Of a stretch of 64,000 nucleotides of DNA, positions 33,108 to 43,006 are shown one piece after another; the first letter of the stretch is position 1; the number at the start of each line of letters is the position of its first letter. The DNA lies in NCBI GenBank assembly GCA_913047795.1, contig CAJWTS010000011.1, positions 5,232 to 69,231 on the forward strand, written 5' to 3'. The position numbers and the translations under genes are program-made. The stretch comes from an uncultured Verrucomicrobiota bacterium (GTDB lineage: Bacteria > Verrucomicrobiota > Kiritimatiellia > CAJWTS01). The notes beneath the pieces were generated by a model, which saw nothing but the letters and a program-made list of their open reading frames with translations, had not been told where the DNA came from and did not search any database.

Positions 33108-33263
33108 AAGTAATCATATCTAGCAACTCTGCCCTATGCTTTCAACCCCTTTCGGTCCGATTGGGTCCGTCGTTCGATCCCGTGTCGGGCATTTTCCTGT
33201 TCCGCGCGGCTCGGGGAGACAGCTCGCGTGACCGCTCCCGCACGTCAACCGCCTCCGAACGGA

Positions 33264-33542
33264 TCAGGATGCGGAATCAGCGACCTCGGACTCCCGGTAG
33301 AACGGCTGAGTCCATGCGAATTTTTCGCCGCGGCCCCAGCACTCGAATCTGACAAACGAGCGATCCTCAGGGAAGTCGATTTACATGGAATTTTCATCGA
33401 CCTGGCCAATTCGAGTGGAAAAGTCCGATCCGACGTTCTCCTGGATTGAGCAGGTATCGTCGCTGCGTGTTGTGTGCGTATGCAGGTTTCCGCGCAACGA
33501 GGCCCCGCCGTTTAGGTCTTCATAAGGATGAATGATTTTCAA
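33264..33542 (-). pseudogene. internally deleted PHP-domain (CehA/McbA-like) metallohydrolase remnant
   Basis: GGAGG RBS and TTG start. N-terminal LRGNLHTHTTRSD is joined in frame, across a TAA at 33381-33383, to C-terminal FVRFECWGRGEKFAWTQPF. Only 93 codons in total. Confidence 0.75.
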
Positions 33543-33651
33543 CTGTAACCTCCTCGTGTTGAACGTGGTTAATGCGACGGGATCCGTCGCGCGCGGGGTT
33601 TCTACCTGATTCTCTGAAAGAGTAATAGACGTAGCAGCGCGGGGAACCGGG

Positions 33652-35067
33652 CTAACGCCCGGGCCGGTGGAAGTGGTCGCTGCGGCCAAGGAACAGTTCC
33701 GCCGCTTCCATGAGGGTTTCGCTCATGGTGGGGTGGGGATGGATGGTCAGGGCAAGATCCTCGGCCGTGGCACTCATCTCAATCGCCAGTGCGCCCTCGG
33801 CAATGAGTTCGCCCGCTCCGCTACCGACGAGTCCGACGCCGAGCAATCGCTTGCTATCGGGTTCGAATAGCAGCTTTGTCAGGCCCTCGCTGCGGTCCAT
33901 GGCGATCGCGCGTCCGGAAGCGGCCCAGGGGAACGTGACCGCTTTGTAGGCGGCCCCCGAGGCCTTGGCTTCGGACTCGGTCAGGCCGCACCAGGCTATT
34001 TCGGGATTGGTAAAGACCACGGCCGGGATTGCGCGCGGGTCCCAGCGGACCTTCTCGCCGGCAATGACCTCAGCCGCCACGTGCGCTTCGTGGCTGCCCT
34101 TGTGCGCCAGCATGGGATTACCCGCAACGTCGCCCACGGCGTAGACGTTCGGTTCCGCCGTACGGCGCTGGTCGTCCGTGGCGATAAACCCGTTCTCGTC
34201 GAGTGCGACCGACGTGTTCTCAAGGCCGAGTCCCTCGGTATTCGGTTGGCGTCCGACCGAGACCAGGATCTTGTCGAAGACCTGCTCCTCGTCGGGTGCC
34301 TGCTTGCCTTCCATCCGCACCGTGACGCCGGCATCGGACTCGCTCATTTCGGCGACGCTGGTCTCCAGCAATATCCCTTCGAGCCGGTCGCTCAGGCGTT
34401 TGGCGAGGACCGTCACCAAATCGGGATCCGCACCGGTCAACAGGGCGGGCAACATCTCGACAACCGTGACGCGGCTACCGAGCGCGGCGTAGACCGTGGC
34501 AAGTTCGAGGCCGATATAACCTCCTCCGATCACAAGCAGGGTGGGCGGTATGCTTTCCAGTGCGAGGGCCTGGGTGGAATCCATCACGCGTGAGGAGTTC
34601 GGCAGGAGGGCAGGAATAACGCTCGGCCGCGAACCGGTTGCAATTATCGCGCTGTCAAAGGCGAGCGACTGGTCGGCGCCGTCCAGGCGGGTAATGTTAA
34701 GCGTGTGGGCGTCGATAAAGGTGGCCGTGCCCTGTATGTATTCAATCTTGCGGCTCTTCGCCAGGCCGCCCAGGCCGCCCGTTAGGCGGGTGATGACGCC
34801 GTCCTTCCACGCACGAAGTTTCTCGACGTCGATCGTCGGGTCGGAAAATCCGATTCCCCAATCGGATGCGGATCGTGCTTCTTCAACCAATTTTGCCACA
34901 TGCAGGAGCGCCTTGGAGGGGATGCAGCCGCGATAGAGACAGACTCCGCCGGGGTTGGTCTCGGCGTCGACCAGCGTCACCTTCAGTCCGATGTCGGCCG
35001 CGCGGAAGGCGGCAGCATAGCCGGCCGGACCGGCGCCGATGACGGCGAGATGTTTGGGTTCACTCAT
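33652..35067 (-). CDS. lpdA: dihydrolipoamide dehydrogenase (E3)
   Basis: GAGPAGY, GGVCLYRGCIPSKAL, GGGYIGLE, HPHPTMSE. Confidence 0.96.
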   Translation of the reverse strand: MSEPKHLAVIGAGPAGYAAAFRAADIGLKVTLVDAETNPGGVCLYRGCIPSKALLHVAKLVEEARSASDWGIGFSDPTIDVEKLRAWKDGVITRLTGGLGGLAKSRKIEYIQGTATFIDAHTLNITRLDGADQSLAFDSAIIATGSRPSVIPALLPNSSRVMDSTQALALESIPPTLLVIGGGYIGLELATVYAALGSRVTVVEMLPALLTGADPDLVTVLAKRLSDRLEGILLETSVAEMSESDAGVTVRMEGKQAPDEEQVFDKILVSVGRQPNTEGLGLENTSVALDENGFIATDDQRRTAEPNVYAVGDVAGNPMLAHKGSHEAHVAAEVIAGEKVRWDPRAIPAVVFTNPEIAWCGLTESEAKASGAAYKAVTFPWAASGRAIAMDRSEGLTKLLFEPDSKRLLGVGLVGSGAGELIAEGALAIEMSATAEDLALTIHPHPTMSETLMEAAELFLGRSDHFHRPGR

Positions 35068-35101
35068 GCGTTGCCTGATGGAATGGGAGCGGCCCTGTTG
35101 T

Positions 35102-36400
35102 TCAGCTGTCCAGCGCCAGTAGCATGGGGTTCTGCATCGCCTCGTCGATGAATCGCGTGAATCGCGCTCCGTCGGCGCCATCAATGACGCGGTGATCGTA
35201 GGATAGTGCGAGCGGCATGAAGAGGCGTGGCACGAACGTTCCGTTTTCGTAGACGGGTTCGTGCGCGCCGCGTGCGACGCCGAGGATCGCGACTTCGGGC
35301 CAATTGATGATCGGGGTAAAAGCTGTTCCGCCAATGCCGCCCAGGTTAGAGATCGTAAAGGTCCCGCCCTGCATATCGTCCAGTTTCAATTTTCGATCGC
35401 GGGCCTTTGCCGAAATCTGAGTCAGTTCGATCGAGATTTCGGTGATGCTCTTCTTGTCGACATCACGCAGGACCGGGACCAGGAGACCGTTCTCCGTGTC
35501 GACCGCCACGCCGATGCTGATGTAGTCCTTTAGCACGATCTGTTTGTTGGCGAAATCGACGCTGGAATTGAATTGCGGAAATTCACGGAGGGCAGCCGCG
35601 ACGACCTTGACGAGGATGGCCGTCAGGGTGAGTTTGCCGCCGTCCTCTTCGACGCGCTTCTTGTATTGTTGGCGGAAGGCTTCGACCGACGTGACATCGG
35701 CTTTGTCGAACTGTGTGACGTGCGGAATGACTGACGCATTGTGGGTCATGGCTTCGGCCGTAACGCGTCGGATATTGTTCATGGGTTGCGTCTCGACAAT
35801 GCCCCATTTGGAAAAATCAGGGAGCGGTTTCGCGAGCGGGTTCTGTTGGGTGGGAACAACGGTCGCGCGCGATTGGAGAAGTTGCTTGGAGTGGCGTTTG
35901 ACGTCGTCGGCCGACAGACGCCCGCGGGGCCCGGTGCCGGCAACCGCCGCGATATCGACTCCGATCTCGAAAGCCAGGCGTCGCACGGCGGGCGAGGCGG
36001 GTACGCGGGCGCCGGGTGGCTGTCGCTGTGGCTGTGGCTGTGGCTGTGGCTGTGGCGGGTCCGCGGCTGGTTCAGCGGCGGGAGTTTTCGCTTCATCGTT
36101 TACGGGTGGTGCGTCGGCCTGCGGTTCACTGTCGGCGGGCACATCGGCCGTGATACCGGTTCCGTCGTCGTCCAGCACGAGGAGGACCTGGCCGACGCTC
36201 ACGGTATCGCCTTCGCTGACGAGGACATCCTTGATCGTTCCGGCGACATCGGACGGGACTTCGACGGTCGCCTTGTCGGTCTCGATCTCGACCACGGAGT
36301 CGTCGACCGCAATCGTATCGCCGGGCGCAACGAGCACGCCGACCACCATGCCTTCTTCGATATTCTCGCCCAGCTCGGGAAGTTTCATTTCAGTGGCCAT
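35102..36400 (-). CDS. aceF: dihydrolipoamide acetyltransferase (E2), single lipoyl domain
   Basis: ETDKATVEVP lipoyl site, ASPAVRRLA...GTGPRGR, SYDHRVIDGA. Confidence 0.95.
   Translation of the reverse strand: MATEMKLPELGENIEEGMVVGVLVAPGDTIAVDDSVVEIETDKATVEVPSDVAGTIKDVLVSEGDTVSVGQVLLVLDDDGTGITADVPADSEPQADAPPVNDEAKTPAAEPAADPPQPQPQPQPQRQPPGARVPASPAVRRLAFEIGVDIAAVAGTGPRGRLSADDVKRHSKQLLQSRATVVPTQQNPLAKPLPDFSKWGIVETQPMNNIRRVTAEAMTHNASVIPHVTQFDKADVTSVEAFRQQYKKRVEEDGGKLTLTAILVKVVAAALREFPQFNSSVDFANKQIVLKDYISIGVAVDTENGLLVPVLRDVDKKSITEISIELTQISAKARDRKLKLDDMQGGTFTISNLGGIGGTAFTPIINWPEVAILGVARGAHEPVYENGTFVPRLFMPLALSYDHRVIDGADGARFTRFIDEAMQNPMLLALDS
36025..36056 (+). repeat. hexamer tandem repeat (GCTGTG)x5 encoding the PQ linker of AceF
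   Basis: Seen directly in the sequence; translates as PQPQPQPQPQ on the minus strand. Confidence 0.85.
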
Positions 36401-36412
36401 CTTGAATGCCTC

Positions 36413-39073
36413 CTAGGCGCGCATAGGATTCGGTTTTTCGGGATCGATGTCCAGTTTGCGAATGGCATCGGACAGGATCGATTGCTCGACTTTGCCGTCT
36501 TCGTGCAACGCCGTCAGGGTGGCGAGAACAACGAAGCGCGCGTCTACTTCGAAGTATTCACGTAACGCTTCTCGCGTGTCGCTGCGCCCATAACCGTCGG
36601 TGCCAAGCGCGTAGAATCGCCCCGGAATCCATTTTGCGATCTTATCGGAGAGCACCTTCATGTAATCGGATGCGGCGATAAAGACGCCGGACTCGTTTGC
36701 GAGTAACTCGCCCAGGTAGGGGCGTCGCGGTTCGCTAGCGGGATGCAGCATGTTCCATCGATCGCAATCGAGCGCGTCCCGGCGCAGCTCGTTGTAGCTT
36801 GTGACGCTCCAGACATCGGCCGCGACCCCGTACGTTTCCAGTATGCCCTGCGCGTCGAGCACGCATTGCATGATGGCGCCGCTGCCGAGTAGATGTGCCC
36901 GGTGTTTACCCTCGGCGTTTTCGGCCGCCTTGAAGCGGTACATGCCGCGCAGCACACCTTCGCGACAGTCGCCGGGCATCGCGGGCATGTGAATCTTCTC
37001 GTTGCCAAGTGTCAGGTAGTAGATGATGTTTTCCTGTTCTTTATACATGCGCCGGATGCCGTCGCGAATAATCAACGCGACCTCGTAGGCAAAGGAGGGG
37101 TCGTAGCTGACGACGTTTGACATGACGCTGCTGAGCACGTGACTATGCCCGTCCTGGTGCTGTAGCCCTTCGCCGTTCAGCGTCGTTCGGCCGGAGGTCG
37201 CACCGAGCAGAAAGCCGCGGCACATCATGTCGCCGGCGGCCCACATCAGGTCGCCGGTCCGCTGGTAGCCGAACATGGAGTAGTAGATGTAGAAGGGGAT
37301 CATCGGAATCCCGAGTTCCGCGTACGATGATCCGGCCGCGATGAAGGATGACATGGCGCCCGCTTCATTGATGCCTTCTTCGAGAATCTGCCCCGTTGTC
37401 GATTCCTTGTAGTAGCTCAAAGTGTCGGAATCGACGGGTTCATAGAGTTGGCCGACCGAGGAATATATTCCTATCTGACGGAAGAGCGCGTCCAGTCCGA
37501 ACGTACGTGCCTCGTCCGGAATGATGGGTACGATATACTTTGCGATCGGCTTGTATTTCAGCAAACGGCGCAGGATGTCGGCATAGACCTGTGTGGTTGC
37601 GATGTCGCGCTTACCGGAGCTCTCAAAGAGGTTCGAAAAAAGTTCCTCGGGCGGCGTCGAAAGTGATTCGCATTCGACGTGGCGTGACGGCATGCTGCCG
37701 CCGAGGCTCTTGCGGCGGTCGTGGAGATACACCATTTCCGGGCTTTCGGCGGCCGGCAGGTAGAACGGACAGGAACGTAAATCTTGGTCCGAGATGGGAA
37801 TGCCGAATCGTGTGCGAAACTCGCGCAGCTCGTCTTCGTTCAGCTTCTTCTGTTGATGCGTAATGTTCTTGCCTTCGCCGCTCTCTCCCAGTCCGTAGCC
37901 CTTGACGGTCTTGGCCAGGATGACGGTCGGGCTGCCGCTGTGCTCGACCGCATGTTTGTAGGCGGCATAGACCTTGACCGGGTCATGACCGCCCCAGGAA
38001 AGCCGGTTCAATACGTCGTCGGTCAGATGCTCGACCATTTTGAGGAGGCGCGGATCCTTGCCGAAGAAGTGTTCGCGAATATACGCACCGTCTTCGACGA
38101 TATATTTCTGATATTCACCGTCGACGCATTCCTCCATACGGGCTTGCAGCAGGCCGTCTTCATCGGCGGCAAGAAGGGAATCCCAATCGCTGCTCCAGAT
38201 GACCTTGATTACGTTCCAGCCGGCACCGCGGAAGATGCCTTCGAGTTCCTGGATAATCTTGCCGTTTCCACGCACGGGTCCGTCGAGACGTTGCAGGTTG
38301 CAGTTCACGACCCAGATCAGGTTGTCGAGTTTCTCACGACTGGCCAGCCCGATCGCGCCGAGCGCTTCGGGCTCATCCGATTCGCCGTCGCCAATGAAGG
38401 CCCAGACTTTGCCGCCGTTGTCCGCCTTCAGGTCCCGGTTCTCGAGGTAGCGTAGAAAGCGCGCCTGGTAGATGCTCATGATCGGCGCGAGGCCCATCGA
38501 CACCGTGGGGAAACTCCAGAAGTCCGGCATGATGCGCGGGTGCGGATAGGAGGTCAGTCCGCCGTCGGACTCCAGGTCGCGACGAAAGTTCTCGAGCAGC
38601 TTCGTTTCGAGTCGCCCTTCGAGGTAGGCGCGCGCGTAGATTCCCGGCGAGGCATGCCCCTGAAAGTAGATCGAGTCGCCGCCGTAGTCATCCGTGCGGG
38701 CGCGGAAGAAGTGATTGAAGCCGATTTCGTAAAGAGTGGCGCTCGACGCGAAGGTCGAGATGTGACCACCGAGGCTTGAATCCGTGTGATTGGCCCGCAC
38801 GACCATCGCCATAGCGTTCCAGCGGATGATGCTCTTGATTCGCCGCTCGATCTCGCGGTCACCGGGAAAGGCCGGCTGCGTTTCTGGATCGATGGTGTTG
38901 GTATACGGTGTATTCGCCGTGAAGGGAAAGCGGACGCCGGAGTTGTAGGCGTGGACCTGCAGATTCTTTAGCAATTCCTGCGCCCGCTCCGGACCGTCAT
39001 GCTCCAGAACGTAGTCCAGGGAGTCAATCCACTCCCGGGTCTCGATGTCGTCGTGTGTTAATTTATCGGGCAC
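36413..39073 (-). CDS. aceE: pyruvate dehydrogenase E1, homodimeric type
   Basis: IRWNAMAMV, FQGHASPGIYARA, GDGESDEPE, NCNLQRLDGPVRGNGK, GEGLQHQDG. Confidence 0.97.
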   Translation of the reverse strand: MPDKLTHDDIETREWIDSLDYVLEHDGPERAQELLKNLQVHAYNSGVRFPFTANTPYTNTIDPETQPAFPGDREIERRIKSIIRWNAMAMVVRANHTDSSLGGHISTFASSATLYEIGFNHFFRARTDDYGGDSIYFQGHASPGIYARAYLEGRLETKLLENFRRDLESDGGLTSYPHPRIMPDFWSFPTVSMGLAPIMSIYQARFLRYLENRDLKADNGGKVWAFIGDGESDEPEALGAIGLASREKLDNLIWVVNCNLQRLDGPVRGNGKIIQELEGIFRGAGWNVIKVIWSSDWDSLLAADEDGLLQARMEECVDGEYQKYIVEDGAYIREHFFGKDPRLLKMVEHLTDDVLNRLSWGGHDPVKVYAAYKHAVEHSGSPTVILAKTVKGYGLGESGEGKNITHQQKKLNEDELREFRTRFGIPISDQDLRSCPFYLPAAESPEMVYLHDRRKSLGGSMPSRHVECESLSTPPEELFSNLFESSGKRDIATTQVYADILRRLLKYKPIAKYIVPIIPDEARTFGLDALFRQIGIYSSVGQLYEPVDSDTLSYYKESTTGQILEEGINEAGAMSSFIAAGSSYAELGIPMIPFYIYYSMFGYQRTGDLMWAAGDMMCRGFLLGATSGRTTLNGEGLQHQDGHSHVLSSVMSNVVSYDPSFAYEVALIIRDGIRRMYKEQENIIYYLTLGNEKIHMPAMPGDCREGVLRGMYRFKAAENAEGKHRAHLLGSGAIMQCVLDAQGILETYGVAADVWSVTSYNELRRDALDCDRWNMLHPASEPRRPYLGELLANESGVFIAASDYMKVLSDKIAKWIPGRFYALGTDGYGRSDTREALREYFEVDARFVVLATLTALHEDGKVEQSILSDAIRKLDIDPEKPNPMRA

Positions 39074-39303
39074 GGCGTTCTCGGCATTTTCCCTTTTCGG
39101 AGCCTCACGGGCTAGTGATGGACATCCGCAATTTTGGGATAGGCGTCTGCGCCGAGGTGTCAGCGCGTGTGATCAATCCACCCTCCCAATAGCATATGAC
39201 AGCCTGCGAGCCGTCTCGAAATCAGATTCGCATTGTTGATAAGAGAGCGACGCTTGTCAAGCTGCGCAACGGATCGGGGAAGGGCCGTCGAGATTACGAA
39301 AAT

Positions 39304-40740
39304 CTACGAACCGTTGACGGCCGCGAGCGCTTCCGCCATGAGTTCGCGCGGTCGCGCGAACAGATCATCGACGCTTATTTCGCCGGCATCCACGTTCTTC
39401 AGCAGTTCACGCTGCGCCAGGTAGTCGTTATTCTGGATTCCGGCTTTGCTCTGCAGCATCCGCCAGGACTTGCGGCGTTCGACGGCCAGCAGCACCATCT
39501 GTCGCGACAGCGCCACATGTTTCAGATTTCCCTTCACTTCGTGCGTGATGTAGGCGCCGAAGTCCTCAATGAACGCACGGTGTTTCCGATTGAATACAGA
39601 GCGGTTCACGACATCGTTCTGCGTCACGCGCACCAGTATGTCCTCGAGGTGGACCATGCCCTTGATATCCTCGTCCTTGAGCTTCTTCAGGTGCTTGCGA
39701 AAGCGTGCTTCCGACAGTGCCCAGTGCGCCACGGTGAAGGCGTACTCGGCACCGGATGACTTGTACTTTGTCATCCACCAGTCACGGTTCTGGGACGGGT
39801 TGCCCTTGACGTCGAAAGATTCCTGATAGGTCTCGCCCGATTGCGGTCGGAACACGAACTCCGGTACGCCGCGCGAGTCGCGAATGCCCTGCGCCTGCTG
39901 GGTCGACATATCGTCCGCGACGCCGTGTTCCGGCTGGCAGGTGGTGAAGGCCTGGAAGAACGAGGTCCCGCGGTACTCCAGCCCTTCCAGCATGCATTTG
40001 TACATCTTGGCGGAGTTCGCCATCGAAACCTGGCAGACCATGGGGGAGCCGTGACCCGCGGTCAGGGATTCGGCCACGCTCTTCTTCTCGCAAAGTTTGC
40101 CCTGGCTGAAGCTGCCGAATTGATTCATGTCGAATCCTCCCACCATCAGCGAGGAGTCCGAGTTCTGACCACCGGTGTTCGAATAGACCTGCGTGTCCAT
40201 CATCAGCATGTTGACGTTGGGACGATTCTGCACGATTGCCTTCGATACGTTCTGATAACCGATATCACCAAATGCGCCGTCGCCGCCGACGGCCCAGACC
40301 TTCGGCAGTTCCTTGATCTCCTGCTCGTTCATCGCCGTGTCGGTCATGCGTGTCAGGTCGAAGTAGTCCCCTTCGCCCAGTGTAGGTTCGTCGCCGGAGA
40401 GAAGGAAGTCGCAGAGACGTTCGGGTACAACCGAGCGACGCGCGTGGTGGATGATGAGCGACTCGCCGATCATCCAACTGATCGTGGCGCCGTCTTGAAA
40501 CAGGGAGTTCATCCAGGGGTAGGGATGCGGATTCGACGGTGGCGTTGAACCGTAGACCGAGTTGCAGCCCGTGCTGGCGCCCATAGCCATCACGGCCATG
40601 CCGTTTGCCAATCTTCCGTCGAGCGCCTGCAGTTCACTATGATTAAAGGCATCCTGGCGCATCACGGCACACATGGCATCGACAAGCACGTCGTCCTGAA
40701 ACACACGAGAAAACACTGAAAAACAGTTGGGTAGTGACAT
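39304..40740 (-). pseudogene. C-terminal TPP-binding (beta-like) part of a pyruvate:ferredoxin oxidoreductase-type enzyme, 5'-truncated
   Basis: TGCNSVYG, WMNSLFQD, GGDGAFGDIG, DTQVYSNTGGQ and TTCQPEHG are present. The upstream CxGC motif and the alpha/gamma/ferredoxin domains are absent, and the first ~15 codons lie in AT-richer intergenic DNA. Confidence 0.7.
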
Positions 40741-40768
40741 GAGTCATACCCGATTTTGAATGTAGTTT

Positions 40769-41374
40769 ATGAAGGATATGGATCCATTTCTGGAATTGAT
40801 CGAAGAATACCACGACCAGTTTTATCGCTATGTGTATCGAATGGCGTGGGATACGGGAAAAGCTGACGACATCTTTGCCGAAGCCGTACTCGCTGCTTAT
40901 CAGAATCGCGAAAAATTTCAACTGGGCACGAATTTTCGGGCCTGGATGTTTCGCATCCTTACCAACAAGTGTTTTGTTGCAAACCGTGAGACGGCACGTG
41001 CGTTTGATTCGCTTGATGAGAAGGATATCGAGGTCCCTGCGCGCGGCGGTAACGAGGTGTATGAGGCGGCGATCGAGGATCCGGATGCGTTTCTCGGCGC
41101 CTGTGGAGACGAGGTCTACATCGCTATTCGAGCTCTTTCCAGCGCGCAGCGCGCTTGCCTGCTCATGCGCGTCGTCGAAGGATTTTCGTATCAGGAGATC
41201 GCAAATGTATTGGAGATGCCGTTAGGCACCGTGATGACGCACCTGGCTCGCGGTCGCGCGCGATTGCGCAGGGAACTCGCCGCGTATGCCACGGCCGAAG
41301 GGATTGTCAACGAGCCGATTCGGCTGATTGCGCCGGACGACGAAAACAAGGACATAGCCGATCATGGATCGTGA
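40769..41374 (+). CDS. ECF-family RNA polymerase sigma factor
   Basis: GTNFRAWMFRIL region 2; EGFSYQEIANVLEMPLGTVMTHLARGR region 4. Confidence 0.93.
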   Translation: MKDMDPFLELIEEYHDQFYRYVYRMAWDTGKADDIFAEAVLAAYQNREKFQLGTNFRAWMFRILTNKCFVANRETARAFDSLDEKDIEVPARGGNEVYEAAIEDPDAFLGACGDEVYIAIRALSSAQRACLLMRVVEGFSYQEIANVLEMPLGTVMTHLARGRARLRRELAAYATAEGIVNEPIRLIAPDDENKDIADHGS

Positions 41375-42089
41375 CGAATTGAGATCAGCCTATCTGGACG
41401 GCGAACTTTCGGTTGCCGAGGCGCTCGCGTACGAGAAGTCGCTGACAGAACAGGAATGCTCCGGACTCATCGCGGAGCGCAGGTTCGAGGCGTCTTTGGG
41501 GGAGACCATACGCTCCGACATCCGCTGCCCGGATCCGCTCTGGCATCGCGTGAAGGCCCGCATTCGCGATGAACACCGTGTGCGGTTCATAGGCGTCGGT
41601 TGGCGATGGGGTGCCATCGGTGCCGCTGCCACGGCGCTGGTCTTGATCTCGATCATCGTTCCAGAAGCGCTTCGCGGCCAGACGGCCTTTCTCGAGCCGG
41701 TGGCATCCCTCGAGGCGTTGCGACAGGATGCCGATATTCCGGCCGACCTGAATGCCGTGGCACATTTCCTGGCCAGTCACAAAATGGCGTTGACGTTGCG
41801 CATGACGCCCACGATCCGCGAGACCGATTCGCATACGCATCAGGTCACCTTCCTCGGCGCGCGCGAACGCAAGGTTGGCAGTGAGAAGGTCGTGCAGCTC
41901 ATGTATAACTGTTGCGGCACACCCGCCGTGGTCCTGCTGTCCCATCAGAATACAGAGGTGGCCGACCGCATCCTGCGCGCGTCGCGCGAACAGCGTATCC
42001 AGGCGTCGCGCCGGGTTGGACCCTACGTGGTCGGTCTCGTGAGCAAGCATCACGCACCGGTCCTGCTGCGACTCGTGGGCCAGATCTGA
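41364..42089 (+). CDS. putative membrane anti-sigma factor
   Basis: SAYLDGELS anti-sigma N-terminus, one TM, overlaps the sigma gene. Confidence 0.75.
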   Translation: MDRDELRSAYLDGELSVAEALAYEKSLTEQECSGLIAERRFEASLGETIRSDIRCPDPLWHRVKARIRDEHRVRFIGVGWRWGAIGAAATALVLISIIVPEALRGQTAFLEPVASLEALRQDADIPADLNAVAHFLASHKMALTLRMTPTIRETDSHTHQVTFLGARERKVGSEKVVQLMYNCCGTPAVVLLSHQNTEVADRILRASREQRIQASRRVGPYVVGLVSKHHAPVLLRLVGQI

Positions 42090-42103
42090 TCCGGGCGGGG
42101 GCG

Positions 42104-43006
42104 CTAAACGGTATCCCACGGTGGGTGCTCAGGCAGCAGTGCTTCGAATCCTTCAATTCGTTCCGCTTCGTACGTCCCGGCGTATGTGCCCGCGAGGAAG
42201 CGGTCGTAAGCCTCCTCATGGAAGCACCGCCATGATTCGTTTTCATTACCCGGGTCGATGGGGTAGAACAAGGCACCCGCACCAACGGCCGCCTTACGAT
42301 CGCCGGGCGCATCGCCGATCATCAGTACCTTGCCTTCGGCGTAGCGGCCTTCGGTCGCCATCAGCAGATGTTCCTGTTTGGTGCCGAGTTCCTGCCCGGC
42401 GATGAGGCGGACCTCGCCGTCGATGGCGTTCTCGTGCCATTCGCGGATTAATGCCTCGGTCGGCGTCTGGGAGACACAGACTGCGTCCGACGTCGCGCGT
42501 ATGCGCGCCAGGCTCTTGCGGGCGTATTCAAACGGCGGAATGCCCTGCGCGGTGTCGGCCACCTTGTGGTTCACCGCGAGGCTCCAATCGTAGAGTGAGG
42601 CCAGCACGTCGCTACCGGTCCGGTCGATATGGCGCCTTAAGCCCTCATTGCTGAGTTCGGCACCGCTGTTCACCATTTGCTGCAGGTCCGTCATGTCCGG
42701 CAACGCAACGCCCGCGGATCGAACCTCGGGTCGGGCCGCAAGGAGGTCAAAGACGCTCAATAGCGCGACAAAGCGATTCACGCCGCGGCCCTTGGAGTAC
42801 AGGTTGACGAAGGATGCCGTCTCGCGTACCAATTCGTCGACCGCTCCGAGATTCCAATGCTGGATGATCAGGGGGTGAAAACAGGCTTTCTGCTTGATCT
42901 CCATCGAGTCGAAGACGCAGCCGTCCGAATCGATTCCAACAAATGTTTCGTGCTCGGGCGTAAAGCTCTGGAGATCTTCCCGTGTGGCGGGCGCGATGTC
43001 ATTCAT
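42104..43006 (-). CDS. HAD family hydrolase
   Basis: Motif I IDSDGCVFDSM; motif IV MIGDAPGD. Confidence 0.88.
   Translation of the reverse strand: MNDIAPATREDLQSFTPEHETFVGIDSDGCVFDSMEIKQKACFHPLIIQHWNLGAVDELVRETASFVNLYSKGRGVNRFVALLSVFDLLAARPEVRSAGVALPDMTDLQQMVNSGAELSNEGLRRHIDRTGSDVLASLYDWSLAVNHKVADTAQGIPPFEYARKSLARIRATSDAVCVSQTPTEALIREWHENAIDGEVRLIAGQELGTKQEHLLMATEGRYAEGKVLMIGDAPGDRKAAVGAGALFYPIDPGNENESWRCFHEEAYDRFLAGTYAGTYEAERIEGFEALLPEHPPWDTV

Noticed and set aside
36025..36056. (GCTGTG)5 as a phase-variation or CRISPR-like repeat
   Set aside because: The unit is a multiple of 3, lies in the flexible AceF linker and has no spacers.
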